In this document: positions 7,471-18,193 of the stretch, piece by piece
Layout of the letters: every line of letters begins with the position of its first letter
How positions within the stretch are numbered: position 1 is the first letter of the stretch
Assembly (NCBI GenBank): GCA_036307105.1
Contig: JAXJYD010000009.1
Coordinates: 14,601-78,600 of the forward strand
Length of the DNA stretch: 64,000 nucleotides
From: Clostridia bacterium
GTDB lineage: Bacteria; Bacillota; Clostridia; TANB77; CAG-508
Direction of reading: 5' to 3'
Notes under the pieces: generated by a model
Databases searched by the model: none
What the model saw: only the letters and a program-made list of their open reading frames with translations
Told to the model about the DNA's origin: nothing
Program-made: the position numbers and the translations under genes

Positions 7471-9837
7471 TTATTCTGAAGCTATCCAACGATAAGTAGT
7501 ATTTTTCCCAAAATAAATTGGATAATCAGTTCCATTATAAAATAAGTTTTTAAGCTTTAAGATATATTCGCCATTTTCTTTTCTTATATCCCAAGAATAA
7601 TTTTTCATATAAGTTGTATATATTCCAGTTGCTCCTGATTCTATATGGCTAGCTTGTACACCTAAATTAAAATTATTAGAATTTTCTGTTTTAATTAAAT
7701 TTAGACTTATTAACCAAAAAGCATTTAAATCTTTTGGTATAACATCACTCTCTGCAATTAATGTTATTTTATTTGGATTTAAGTTTCCTAAATGTATTTC
7801 TGCTTCTGTATCTTCAAATGTTTTAATTGTACCTGTTAATGTTTTGTATGTTTTTGATGCTATCCAATGGTATTCAACATTTGGAATAAAGACAGATGAA
7901 GTACGATGAAATGTAAAACCATTTTCAGAAAATGTTACTGGATTTGAATTAGAAAATCCAGTCGATTTATAATCGTGTGCAGTTTTATCAATGTAATATA
8001 CAAAACCATATTTCCCTGATGTTATATTTTTATTTTCTTGTACAATTGCAGAAACATTTACATTAATATCAGGTAATTCTGCACTTAAAGGCAACGATGC
8101 TATTATTGATATAGTATCAGGTTTAAAATCTAATCCCGTTACAACTAAGTCAGTTCCCTGAGAGTCAAATATTATAGTGCCACTTTGACTAACTGTATTT
8201 GATGCAGGATATATTTTTTCATCAATTTTTTTATCAATAATTGGGTTATTTACTTGTGATATTTTTGGAGTAAGGATTGCATATCTTGCAAGTTGATATG
8301 TTCCAGGTAAATGTGTAACAATATTTTGTAATGGCATACTTGCAATTATACCAGCAGGATTATTAAATTTATCAGTTTTAGATGAACTATTAACATACAT
8401 TATTTCATTATCCTCATTTACTCCATAAAGTAATATAGCATGTGTACCAGGGAATATAACTTTTTGTGTGTCGCTATTATAAGTTAGATTAGTACCAATT
8501 GTACTTAATAAGCAATATGCCCCACCTCTTATATTAGAAACAATATCATCTATATAGTAATTTAAATCATGAGCATTTAAATCTATTAATGTTGATTCAC
8601 TATTAAACCCTAATCCTTCGCAAAAATCATCCATTCCATTTGAACCAAGTAATTTATTAAATACTGCGTTATTATCTGAACCAGCATATTCTAATTCCAT
8701 ATTGCTTGCAGTTCCATCAACACTTTCTACTGTATAATAACTTGTCTGTCCATTGTGTGTTTCATCAGAGATTACTTTATAATCGTTTTTATATACATCA
8801 CTAGATATTGTTACATTTGCTATTAAATCTGCATAAGTTTCATAAATTCTTTCAGGTGCTACGATTGGTTTTATATATTTATTCATTTCTATTAATTCTC
8901 TAGCATCCTTATATTCTAGATTATTTAGCCCACAATAAGCATTCATTGAAGAAAAGAATGCGCATCCTTTAGCAAGAGCATAAACGCTAACTCCAGCAGA
9001 ATTTGTATTTGGATTTTCATTTATAGGGTAATTTTTCCATCTTATATCGCCTTGAGCTAAAGGTTTAGGAATATTATTAGCATAAGGTCTTACTTTTTTC
9101 TTATATGGTGATAATGACATATTTTGTACATATTGTAACGGAGTTGCCATATCTCCAAATGTACAATTTGATAATGTACTCCAATCAAAATTAACAGCAC
9201 TTTGGAAAAAAGCTCCTGCTCCAACATTTTCTAATGTTGATGTGAAATCTATACTTTTCAAGCTTTGTGTCAAATGAAATGAAAGTATACCTACTGAAGT
9301 TATATCGTTTTTATGTATTATTTCTTTTAAATTTTGACAGTGTTCAAAAGTATAATTTGGTATGTTTGTAATTTTACCAATATTTACACTTTCTAAATAA
9401 GGGCAAACTTGAAAAACACCTTCACCCATTGTAGTTAAATTTTCGAAGGATATTTTTTCTATTTTTGTGGTATTAAATGCTTTATCTTCTATGTTTTCTA
9501 TATTTTCTGTACCCAATACATTAACTAAATTTATTGCACCCATAAAGCACTCTTGAGGTATTGTTTGTATGGTTGATGGTAATTTAACAGAAATAATTTG
9601 CAAATTATTTTTAAACATTGCGTCTGTTAATGCTGTAACTGTTATATTATCAACATTATCTGGAATAACCAAATCTTCAGGTAATAAATAATTTTTTTCT
9701 CCCTCATTTTGATATTCTGTTTTAATGCTTACAACTCCATTTTCAGTAATATTAAATATATCTTGTAAATTTGTATTTGCTTTTTTTATAGCATTGTCTA
9801 TTTCTTGACCTGTATAATTGCTTTTATATTCTGCCAT
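7471..9837 (-). CDS. Tail fibre / receptor-binding protein with BspA-type leucine-rich repeats
   Basis: 788 aa. Residues ~55-215 show the repeated pattern I..I...AF..C..L..V.I (LRR_5-like). Two similar C-terminal modules end in YHWIAS / YRWIAS. Confidence 0.7.
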   Translation of the reverse strand: MAEYKSNYTGQEIDNAIKKANTNLQDIFNITENGVVSIKTEYQNEGEKNYLLPEDLVIPDNVDNITVTALTDAMFKNNLQIISVKLPSTIQTIPQECFMGAINLVNVLGTENIENIEDKAFNTTKIEKISFENLTTMGEGVFQVCPYLESVNIGKITNIPNYTFEHCQNLKEIIHKNDITSVGILSFHLTQSLKSIDFTSTLENVGAGAFFQSAVNFDWSTLSNCTFGDMATPLQYVQNMSLSPYKKKVRPYANNIPKPLAQGDIRWKNYPINENPNTNSAGVSVYALAKGCAFFSSMNAYCGLNNLEYKDARELIEMNKYIKPIVAPERIYETYADLIANVTISSDVYKNDYKVISDETHNGQTSYYTVESVDGTASNMELEYAGSDNNAVFNKLLGSNGMDDFCEGLGFNSESTLIDLNAHDLNYYIDDIVSNIRGGAYCLLSTIGTNLTYNSDTQKVIFPGTHAILLYGVNEDNEIMYVNSSSKTDKFNNPAGIIASMPLQNIVTHLPGTYQLARYAILTPKISQVNNPIIDKKIDEKIYPASNTVSQSGTIIFDSQGTDLVVTGLDFKPDTISIIASLPLSAELPDINVNVSAIVQENKNITSGKYGFVYYIDKTAHDYKSTGFSNSNPVTFSENGFTFHRTSSVFIPNVEYHWIASKTYKTLTGTIKTFEDTEAEIHLGNLNPNKITLIAESDVIPKDLNAFWLISLNLIKTENSNNFNLGVQASHIESGATGIYTTYMKNYSWDIRKENGEYILKLKNLFYNGTDYPIYFGKNTTYRWIASE

Positions 9838-10514
9838 TAATATTCACTCTCCTTTAATATAAATTTTTTATTATCACTTGTTAGAAAAATCCTATTGTCA
9901 CTTGTCATATATTGAATATCACTTGTAGGAGTTGGTGGTACTGCTCCTGTGGCACTTATTATTATTTGATTTCCTACCTGTGTGATTCTTATGTTTTCTC
10001 CTGCTACTAATTCTATTGAATTATATCCATTGATTGTAGCATCTTTTCCATTAAATTCTCCATTTTCTAATTTGTTTTGTATGTCTGTTATTAAATCTCT
10101 TAATTCTGTTTCTAAGCTGTCTACTTTTGTTATTTCTTCTTCTAGTATGTTTACTACTGTATTTACTCCACTTATTTCCTCTGGTGTTATTTCATCTGAA
10201 GCATCTTCATTATGATAAAATCTCAATGTTTTTGTTTTTGTTCTAAAGTCTATGCTTTCGCCATTAACTTCTTTTGTTAACCATATATAAAAATCTACTT
10301 GTTTATATTTTGTTATTGCATTTGTTATTTTATATTCATTGTTTGTTATAATATCCCATACAATTCCATCGTCTGTTACGAATACTATCTTTTTATTATA
10401 GTCTTCGTATTCTTCTGGAACTGTTAATTCTATTGTTTCTGCTTTATTCTCATTTTGTGTATTTTGTGCATTTATTAATGCTAATTCTCTATTCTTTTTT
10501 GCTATTACTTTCAT
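9837..10514 (-). CDS. Tail fibre-associated / baseplate protein (hypothetical)
   Basis: 225-aa ORF in the tail module. Stop overlaps the start of the fibre gene. Confidence 0.5.
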   Translation of the reverse strand: MKVIAKKNRELALINAQNTQNENKAETIELTVPEEYEDYNKKIVFVTDDGIVWDIITNNEYKITNAITKYKQVDFYIWLTKEVNGESIDFRTKTKTLRFYHNEDASDEITPEEISGVNTVVNILEEEITKVDSLETELRDLITDIQNKLENGEFNGKDATINGYNSIELVAGENIRITQVGNQIIISATGAVPPTPTSDIQYMTSDNRIFLTSDNKKFILKESEY

Positions 10515-10573
10515 ACTTTGCCCTCCTTTTAAAACAAAAAAATAAAACCATTAATCTGTGGTTTTTGTATTTC

Positions 10574-11443
10574 TTAGTTTTGTAGTTTGTAGCCTACTAC
10601 TCTTGTTATATAATTGTCATTGTCTGTTACAAATGCTTGCATTTGGTCGTTAAGATACATCAATTTTGATCTTACTGCTGTTATTGTGTTTCCATTTATT
10701 TGTATAAGTTTTGAATATAGGTATATATGTTCCTCAGTCGCATTGCTTGCTGTTAAACTTATTGTTTTTCCATTTGCATTGTAGATTTTTCCAGATGAAT
10801 AAATAAACCCTGTTCTTTTACATTGAATTTCTATGTAATCATAATTTGCAACACTATCACTTAAAGTTACATTTCCAGTAGTTCCTGTTGTATTACTATA
10901 CAATACTCTCATATCACTTTTTAAAACAAATATACTTTCATCATCTATGTCCTGTATATGTTGACGTATTTCTTCATAAATACTGTCAAAATCTAGATAA
11001 GTTCTCATGTCCTGGAACTCTAAAATTCCACTTGATGTCGTTCTAAATCTTGCCAATTCGTATTGATATATTCCAGTATTATTTTTAACAATATTATTTT
11101 GAGTTAATGCTGGATATGTATTAACGCCTGTTACTAACTTATAACAAGCTTGATTTAAATCATTTACCGTATTTATTTTACTTAAATCTATTTCTATCAC
11201 TAATTTGCAATATAAAGCATCTGTTCCTGCATTGATAGTTGTTGATGTTTCTTCTTCTAAAAATCTACCTTGAATACATACAACCCCACTATCAACAGTC
11301 ACATTACTTCCACTATATGTGACAGCCATAGAGTTTTTATAATCATTATGTATTCCGTTTTTACCATCTAAAAATGTATTAATAAAAAGAGCAAAAATTT
11401 GATTTCCAAACTTCTGCTCTTTGAAAACATGTCCTTTTAACAT
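10574..11443 (-). CDS. Tail/baseplate structural protein (hypothetical)
   Basis: 289-aa ORF; assignment by position in the tail module only. Confidence 0.5.
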   Translation of the reverse strand: MLKGHVFKEQKFGNQIFALFINTFLDGKNGIHNDYKNSMAVTYSGSNVTVDSGVVCIQGRFLEEETSTTINAGTDALYCKLVIEIDLSKINTVNDLNQACYKLVTGVNTYPALTQNNIVKNNTGIYQYELARFRTTSSGILEFQDMRTYLDFDSIYEEIRQHIQDIDDESIFVLKSDMRVLYSNTTGTTGNVTLSDSVANYDYIEIQCKRTGFIYSSGKIYNANGKTISLTASNATEEHIYLYSKLIQINGNTITAVRSKLMYLNDQMQAFVTDNDNYITRVVGYKLQN

Positions 11444-11445
11444 AA

Positions 11446-12462
11446 TTATTTATTCCTTTCCTTTAATAATTTATCTATAAACTTTGTTCTAATATTTCCA
11501 CAAGTATATTCTATAAAATTTCTAGGCGTTATTTTTATTGCAGAAATATAAGTATCATATATAATTGACTTTTTCGTTTTAATTGCTACTGGTGTTCCAA
11601 TTCCTATTACCCTTTTATAATAATTAAATGTAATACTATGATTATATGAATTTGACTTCATAATATCTAAAGCTTTTTGTTCTGCTTCTGAATATTTTTC
11701 GGTATAAACTGTTTCAATTTTCCCATCCGCTCTATTTACATTCGTTTTATCTGTTGTAGTTGTTCTATCATTTAATAAATATAACGTATATGGATTTGTC
11801 GAAGTTAATACGGTTACTTTACTTACTACATTAGTTTCAAAAACTTCTGAATAATTAGAAATTGGTTGTGCTTGTGTATCAATTATTATTTTATTTGCTG
11901 ATTTTACCTCTATTGTTATAACTAACTTTTTATTAATAATATTAAAACTGTACACTACATCATAGTTTTGTGTACAGTTTGTCATATATGTATGTAAATT
12001 AAATATCCCATCTTGTACATTCGTTACACTTGTTTGTTTTGGTGTGTGTGTACTAACCGCTACTTGTAAATAAGTTTTGTTTATAAATGTATCAGAACTA
12101 GATATAAAATTATTAGTTATAGCATTTGCGATAAAATCTTCAATTCCTGTTGTTTTTATTAAATTTTCATTTTCTAACTTTATATTTTGATTAAATATGT
12201 TAGTTATATACTTTACAGTATATGTATATAACTTTGAACCATCTTCATTTTGTATATTATCGATAGTCCCCCAATATATAGCTTTATTGTTTTTTTTAAT
12301 TGCTATTATATCTCTTGATCTTGCTATTGTTTCTTTCACTATTTTTATTATAGTGTTTGCATTGGTCTCTTCATCTATATTTATTTCATAATCTTCAATT
12401 TCAACTATATCTTTCACACTAAAATCTTTATAATCAAATATCCACATAAATACTTTATCCAT
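11446..12462 (-). CDS. Tail-associated structural protein in the Tal position (possibly Gp37-like)
   Basis: 338-aa ORF directly after the Dit-like gene. Confidence 0.5.
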   Translation of the reverse strand: MDKVFMWIFDYKDFSVKDIVEIEDYEINIDEETNANTIIKIVKETIARSRDIIAIKKNNKAIYWGTIDNIQNEDGSKLYTYTVKYITNIFNQNIKLENENLIKTTGIEDFIANAITNNFISSSDTFINKTYLQVAVSTHTPKQTSVTNVQDGIFNLHTYMTNCTQNYDVVYSFNIINKKLVITIEVKSANKIIIDTQAQPISNYSEVFETNVVSKVTVLTSTNPYTLYLLNDRTTTTDKTNVNRADGKIETVYTEKYSEAEQKALDIMKSNSYNHSITFNYYKRVIGIGTPVAIKTKKSIIYDTYISAIKITPRNFIEYTCGNIRTKFIDKLLKERNK

Positions 12463-12472
12463 AGCGCGCCTC

Positions 12473-13336
12473 CTAAATTGCCTTGTAATAAGTTAATATT
12501 GTTACTTTAGCATTTGTTATTTCATTATCTGCACTTAATACCAATTTACAACTCTTATTTTTAGGTAGCCTCATTACATTGTCGTTAGCAAAATCTAACA
12601 CTAAATCGTCGTAGTATTCATACAAATCTTCAATAGTTCCATTTGAATTTTGTTTTTTTATATAAAAATCTGTAGCTTTACTTCCATAAAGAAATTTTTC
12701 ATTTTCTCCAATATCAACTGTAAATTCTATTGTTTGTTTTAGCTCCCCCTCAACATATAATGACAAAGCTGGATTTTCTACTTCTCCATCTATTTCAACA
12801 AGTATTGGAGCTTCTACATGTCCCTTATTAACAAATTCTAAACTTCTTGTATCATAATCATAGAACGTACTATCCCATTGAAAATCCCATCTCAATTCAT
12901 TACTTACAGGGCCTATTGTATAAACTACTTCTTTTGCTTCATACCACAGACTTAAACAGTCAAATATTATACTTTCACTTATTACTCCTGTTGTCTGTTT
13001 TTGTGTTTTAGTTAAACTTTGAATATTTATATCTTTTAAATATTCTTTGTATCCATCTTCAAATGGTATTCTATATGCAAATTTTAATTCATTTGAATTT
13101 TCTATAAAATCAATTAAGTTTTTGTAATTATCATATTTGAGACAATTAATAGCTCCTGCTATCTTTCCTTGTTCTAATTTTCTTAAATTAGTTATAAAAC
13201 TATTCCCTATCTGTTCATATTCTGTAGAATACGAATACCCTAATCCATCTGGATCTGTCAATAAGCAATAATTTTCTATATCCATTAAAGAATAACTTTG
13301 TCCTTTTTCATTAATTAGTCTAAATCCTCTTACCAT
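12473..13336 (-). CDS. Distal tail protein (Dit-like)
   Basis: 287-aa ORF downstream of the tape measure, the usual siphovirus order. Confidence 0.6.
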   Translation of the reverse strand: MVRGFRLINEKGQSYSLMDIENYCLLTDPDGLGYSYSTEYEQIGNSFITNLRKLEQGKIAGAINCLKYDNYKNLIDFIENSNELKFAYRIPFEDGYKEYLKDINIQSLTKTQKQTTGVISESIIFDCLSLWYEAKEVVYTIGPVSNELRWDFQWDSTFYDYDTRSLEFVNKGHVEAPILVEIDGEVENPALSLYVEGELKQTIEFTVDIGENEKFLYGSKATDFYIKKQNSNGTIEDLYEYYDDLVLDFANDNVMRLPKNKSCKLVLSADNEITNAKVTILTYYKAI

Positions 13337-13386
13337 TTTCTGCTCCTTTGCATAAAAATAAGACAGCCTTTTGACTGTCTTATATA

Positions 13387-13710
13387 TTAACCTATTTTTT
13401 TGTTTATACTATCTAATATATCTATAATATCTACAAACCCTTTTACAAATGCAAATATGACCAATCCTATCGCTAAAAAAATAAACCCCTGTAAAATATC
13501 TTTGCTTGACCAATGAATTATTGCTATCGTTATAAACCCAATTATTTGTATAAAATTAATTAAACTTAATAAAAATGTTTTTGAATAATCCTCATTTGAT
13601 TCGTTTTCTGTTTCTTTCATTTTTTCTTCAAATTCATCTAAATTTATTTTACATTTTGGACAAACTTCTGTCAATTCATTGATTTCAGCTTTGCAATTTG
13701 GACATTTCAT
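13387..13710 (-). CDS. Zinc-ribbon membrane protein inserted between tape measure and Dit (moron)
   Basis: CPNCKAEI...CPKCK zinc ribbon followed by two TM helices. Own promoter-like sequence in 13711-13786. Confidence 0.6.
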   Translation of the reverse strand: MKCPNCKAEINELTEVCPKCKINLDEFEEKMKETENESNEDYSKTFLLSLINFIQIIGFITIAIIHWSSKDILQGFIFLAIGLVIFAFVKGFVDIIDILDSINKKIG

Positions 13711-13786
13711 ATCTCAATTCCCCCTTTGTAACATTATATAACATTTTATTATATAATACAACAAAAACATCTCGACAAAATTCGAC

Positions 13787-16700
13787 TTAATATGCACTAC
13801 CAAACTTTTTATTTACATAGTTAAAACATTGCTGTAGTCTTTCTTCATCTAATTCTTGAACATTAAATACTATTTGAGGTGTAGTAAATATTGTTCTTGT
13901 TTGGTCTATTACAGATTGTTTTATTTGGCTCATATTTGGCATAATGTTACTAAAATCAGTTTTCATTTTATTTGTCATATCTTCTATTTTTTTATTTAAT
14001 TTATTTTCTTCATCATCTAAACCTAGTTCAGCACCCTTCATTACATTTTGAAAAATACTTCTAGTTTCTCTTGAAGGTGAATGTATATCAAAAGCACTTT
14101 TCAATCTTGATAGTATTCCGTTTGCTATCCCACTTGCTTTTTCGAATAATGAAGGTTCTTTATTTTGCATTTCTTCTAACATTGGTTTCATTGCATTTTC
14201 CATCGCTTCTCTTGTTTCTTTTGGCATACTATCATAACTTGCTATAATACTATCAACCGTTTTTTTAGTTTCTTCATCGATTTCGCCACCGTACAATTCT
14301 GTTTGCGCTGCCATTCCGATTAATGTTCCAAGTTGATTGATTTGTTCATCACTCATGTTTTTTGACATTTTTTCATATATTTTTTTTAACGCTTCTTGGT
14401 GATTCCTATTTGCTCCTTCTACTTCTAATTGCTTATCCATGTTTACTAATAGTTTATTATTTTCTATCTCTGCTAATTTATCACTATGTTTTTGATTTTC
14501 TTCTTCTACTTCACTATTATATTGTTTTAATGTATTTTTAAATGTTTCGTCCTGAGTTGCTCTTTCCAGATATCCATTTGAATAAATTTGATTCACTTGA
14601 GCAACTTGATTATTTGCTTCTTCTATTGCTTTATTTTTATTTTCTTGAATTGCATTAAATTCTCTTGCATATTCCTCATTGTCTAAAGTTGCTCTTTCGC
14701 CATATCTCTGTTGTAATAATGCAATTTCTTGCGTTGTTCTTTCATTTATAATGCTTATTTCTCTTTTTGCCTGTTCTTCGGCTGTTTTTATCCATTCTTG
14801 CGATTGTACTCTATATTCATTCAAATTTCCTTGGAACGTTTTAGAATTTTGTTCAGCCTGTTGTGTTATCGCCTTAGAAATACTTTGTTGTATTTCTAGC
14901 TCTCTATTTTTTAGTTCTCTAAGTTTATTAAAATATTCATCTAATTGTGTAATTTCCTTTTGTGTATAATCCCTTCTTTCTTCTGAAGCTCTTTGGCATA
15001 TTTGCGTTATCCCTTTTTGTATCTTATCCATATCTTCTTGTAGTTTTTGTTGCTCTTCCGCACTTGCAAACAATGTACTATTAAAGGCTTCCAAGTGAGA
15101 ATTTGCGTTGTTTATTCCAGAAACAAAATCAGTTGCTCCTGTTGCCATATTTTTCAATGATTTCTTTGTTTCCTCTTCAACTTTTTTTATTTCTGTAACA
15201 ATAGTTCCTACTATTAAAGCAATACCTAATGCTGCCAAACTTAGCGGATTTGTTAATCCTTGTAATACTCTAGCAAGTGTTGCTGTTGCTCCTGTTGCAT
15301 CTCCAATTCCATTTTTAGCAAGAGATACAGCTTTTGAAAATGTTCCTAGTCCTTTTGCTACATTTCCAACAATATTTATTGCTGAACTTCCTATTTTTAA
15401 TAAAGGTCCAGCAGCTGCTACCATTAATCCTATTTTTACTATATTTTCTTTTTGAGAATCTGATAAATTATCAAGCTTATTTATCCATTTATCCGCTTTG
15501 TCTAATATCTTATTTATTGATGGTAGTAATTTATCGCCTAAAGATACTGCTAAATTATTTATTTTATTTTTTGCCATTTTTAATTGGCTTTCTGTTGTGC
15601 TATATCTTTTATTTGCCTCATTTACTAAAGCATTATTTTCATTCCAAGCATTATTTCCAAGTTCTATTGCTTTTCCCATTATTTCACTTGCATTAGCTGA
15701 ACGTAATAAAGCATCTCTTAATCTTGTTTCTGTTATTCCCATATCATCAAGTATTTTTATAGCACTTTTACCACGTTCTCCACTTTTAGATAATCCATCA
15801 ACAAATTGCATTATTGCACCTGTTGCATCTTCTTTAAAAGCTTTCTTAAATTCTTTTGTACTCATACCAGCTACTGAAGCAAAATTCTTTAAATCTTTTC
15901 CACCTTTTTCAACAGCTAACTGCATATTTATCATTACTTTTGAAAATGCTGTACCACCTGCTTGTGCTTCAAGTCCTACTGAGCTTAAGGCTGTTGCTAA
16001 TGCCATTATTTGCGATTGGCTCATTCCTACTTGAGTTCCTGCTGAAGCTAAATTCATTCCCATTGCTGATATTTCAGCTTCTGTTGTGGCAAAATTATTT
16101 CCTAAAGCAACTATAACTGAACCTAGCCTATCAAAATCCGATTGACTCATCTTTGTTATGTTTGCAAATCTTGCTAATGTTGTTGCAGCTTCATCTGCTG
16201 ACATATTTGTTGCATTTCCCATATTTATCATAGTTTTAGTAAATGCTAAAACATTGTCTGTTTGTATTCCCAATTGTCCTGCCGCTTCTGCTACCTGTGA
16301 TATTTCTGTTGTTGTAGAAGGAATTTCTTTTGATAAATCTTTTATTCCCTTTTTTAGATTGTTTAATTGTTCTTCTGTTCCATCAACTGTTTTTGTAACT
16401 CCTGTAAATGCACTCTCAAACTCAATCGCTTGTTTTGTTGCTAACGTCATTGCCCCAGCAATAGGAATTGTTAATCTAGTTGTTAGTTTATTTCCTAAAT
16501 TATCAATTTTTGAAGATATTTTATTTAAATTTTCTCCCCATTGTGTTAATTTTTCTCCTGCTTTTCTCCAATTAGATGCTTCATTTTTAAGTTTAATCAA
16601 CTTGTTTTCAGTATTTATTATTTCTCTTTGTAAATTTCTCCAATTTTCTTCTGATATCTTAGCTCCATTTGCTTCAGATTCAACAGCTCTTTGATAAGTT

Positions 16701-16931
16701 GATTGTAACAACTTTAATTTATTTTCTGTTTCTTCTATGCTTTCTTTTAATACAGTTTGTTTTTGACTTAATAATTCTGTATTTTTAGGATCTAATTTCA
16801 GCAAAGAGTTAATTCCGCTTTAGCTCTCTGCTCAAACTAGATGTAGCAGAATTAACATTTTTTAATGCTTTCTGTAATCCTGATGTATCTCCACCAATTT
16901 CTACAATTATTCCTTTTATGCTTCCTGCCAT
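13787..16931 (-). CDS. Tail tape measure protein; needs a +1 shift at CGG 16817-16815
   Basis: The 1005-aa track ORF starts at an internal TTG. The true ATG at 16931 gives MAGSIKGIIVEIGGDTSGLQKALKNVNSATSSLSRELK then CGG. Skipping the C gives GINSLLKLDPKNTELL..., contiguous with the ORF. Confidence 0.9.
16815..16817 (-). other. In-frame CGG at an obligatory +1 frame change (tape measure)
   Basis: CTA AAG CGG AAT TAA in frame 0. CTA AAG (C) GGA ATT AAC TCT TTG CTG AAA continues the protein. Confidence 0.85.
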
Positions 16932-16970
16932 GTTTTCCTCCTTCATTAAAACAAGAGAGGTTTCCCTCTC

Positions 16971-17213
16971 TTATCCTAATAATTTGTCTATATCGCTTTG
17001 AGTAGCTTTTTTGTTTTTTGTATTTTTCCCATCTATAAATGTAAATAATATTTTCATTACATCTATGTAAGATAATTCTTTTAAATCAGAAATAGTTAAT
17101 CCTATCCTTAAACATGAACCTAAAAACTCATGTTCTGGGAATATTTCTTCAGAATTATTATTTCCTTTTATTTTTTCTAGTTCTTTTGATAATTCCTCAT
17201 CAACAAAAGCAAT
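16971..17213 (-). CDS. Frameshift extension of the tail assembly chaperone (gpT-like part)
   Basis: A 79-codon ORF with no start codon overlaps the end of 17200..17589 in the +1 frame: IAFVDEELSKELEKIKGNNNSEE...IDKLLG*. Confidence 0.5.
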   Translation of the reverse strand: MAFVDEELSKELEKIKGNNNSEEIFPEHEFLGSCLRIGLTISDLKELSYIDVMKILFTFIDGKNTKNKKATQSDIDKLLG

Positions 17214-17589
17214 CTACGGCATATTCCGTTACCTCAACAATCCAGTCATCATCAATTTTGAAATTTGTTATTGATTTTAACCAATCTTCATAACTTTCTA
17301 TTTTATTATTTGCCGTATATATTAATATCCACGCAATTTGTGTGATTTTTGTTACAAATTCATCTGTATCATCTATCATATAATTTGATATTTGACTTAA
17401 TTTTTCAGAATCACTTAAATTTTTGTTTTCTTCATATTGACTTGATATAACAGACTGTTTTATTAAATAGTTTTGAATAAAAGACATATCTTTTACAATA
17501 CCTGTCTTAAAAATAGATTTATATTTCACATAAGTTAAGGCATTGCACTCTATTTCATATTTCTTACCGCAGATTTCTATTTGTTTCAT
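17200..17589 (-). CDS. Tail assembly chaperone (gpG-like)
   Basis: 129-aa ORF between the major tail protein and the tape measure, followed by an overlapping start-less ORF. Confidence 0.7.
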   Translation of the reverse strand: MKQIEICGKKYEIECNALTYVKYKSIFKTGIVKDMSFIQNYLIKQSVISSQYEENKNLSDSEKLSQISNYMIDDTDEFVTKITQIAWILIYTANNKIESYEDWLKSITNFKIDDDWIVEVTEYAVDCFC

Positions 17590-17599
17590 AAATTACCTC

Positions 17600-18175
17600 C
17601 TAAACACCAGCTGTTGCATCTTTCTCATATACTTTTGTAAAGAATGTGTCATATACAGCTTGATTTTCTGTTGTTGGTTCTATTACAGCTTTTATTGCCT
17701 TATCTGTTGAACGTGGACTCATTGATATTGATACTGTATCTGTTTGTGGTTCTTTTGATTCTTCTATTGTGTTCATTTCTGAACCTGGTCTTGTAGCTGT
17801 ACAATCAAAATATACAAATCTTCTTTTCTTAACATCTCCATCTATTTCTCCCATTAATGCAAATCTTGCTGTTGTGTCATCAGCACTTTCAAATAAAGCA
17901 CCGTTAGAATCTTCTGTTTGTCCTAATATTTGAGTAAAGAAGTCTTTTATTAGCATTGCTACTTCTAAATCTCCTGTATATCCTTGATTTGATGTTGCTA
18001 TATAATATTTAATATTATCAGCATAAAATGGAGTTGTTTCTCCTTCTGGGTCAGCTGTTAAGCTTCTAGCTCCAGGCATTGCAAATGGAGTTCCATATGT
18101 TATAGCTCCATCTGTTTCTGTTATTTTTGCAATATGCACATTGCTTAATCCAAATTTTACTTTGTTTTCTGGCAT
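17600..18175 (-). CDS. Major tail protein (phi13/TP901-1-like)
   Basis: 191 aa; N-terminus MPENKVKFGLSNVHIAKITETDGAITYGTPFAMPGA is typical of this family. Confidence 0.85.
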   Translation of the reverse strand: MPENKVKFGLSNVHIAKITETDGAITYGTPFAMPGARSLTADPEGETTPFYADNIKYYIATSNQGYTGDLEVAMLIKDFFTQILGQTEDSNGALFESADDTTARFALMGEIDGDVKKRRFVYFDCTATRPGSEMNTIEESKEPQTDTVSISMSPRSTDKAIKAVIEPTTENQAVYDTFFTKVYEKDATAGV

Positions 18176-18193
18176 TTTAAATTTCCTCCTTAA

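Noticed and set aside
14679-16694. Six plus-strand ORFs opposite the tape measure gene. Similar antisense ORFs lie opposite the capsid (20286..20822), portal, terL, fibre, activase and other genes
   Set aside because: They are mirror-frame ORFs of long AT-rich genes. None has a start context or recognisable family, and the sense-strand gene explains the region.
16953-16972. Hairpin aagagagg-tttc-cctctctt between the chaperone and the tape measure start. It shares its 8-bp stem sequence with the hairpin at 25813-25839
   Set aside because: Two short purine-rich stems could recur by chance or reflect RBS-like sequence. There is not enough evidence to call a repeat family or a regulatory element.
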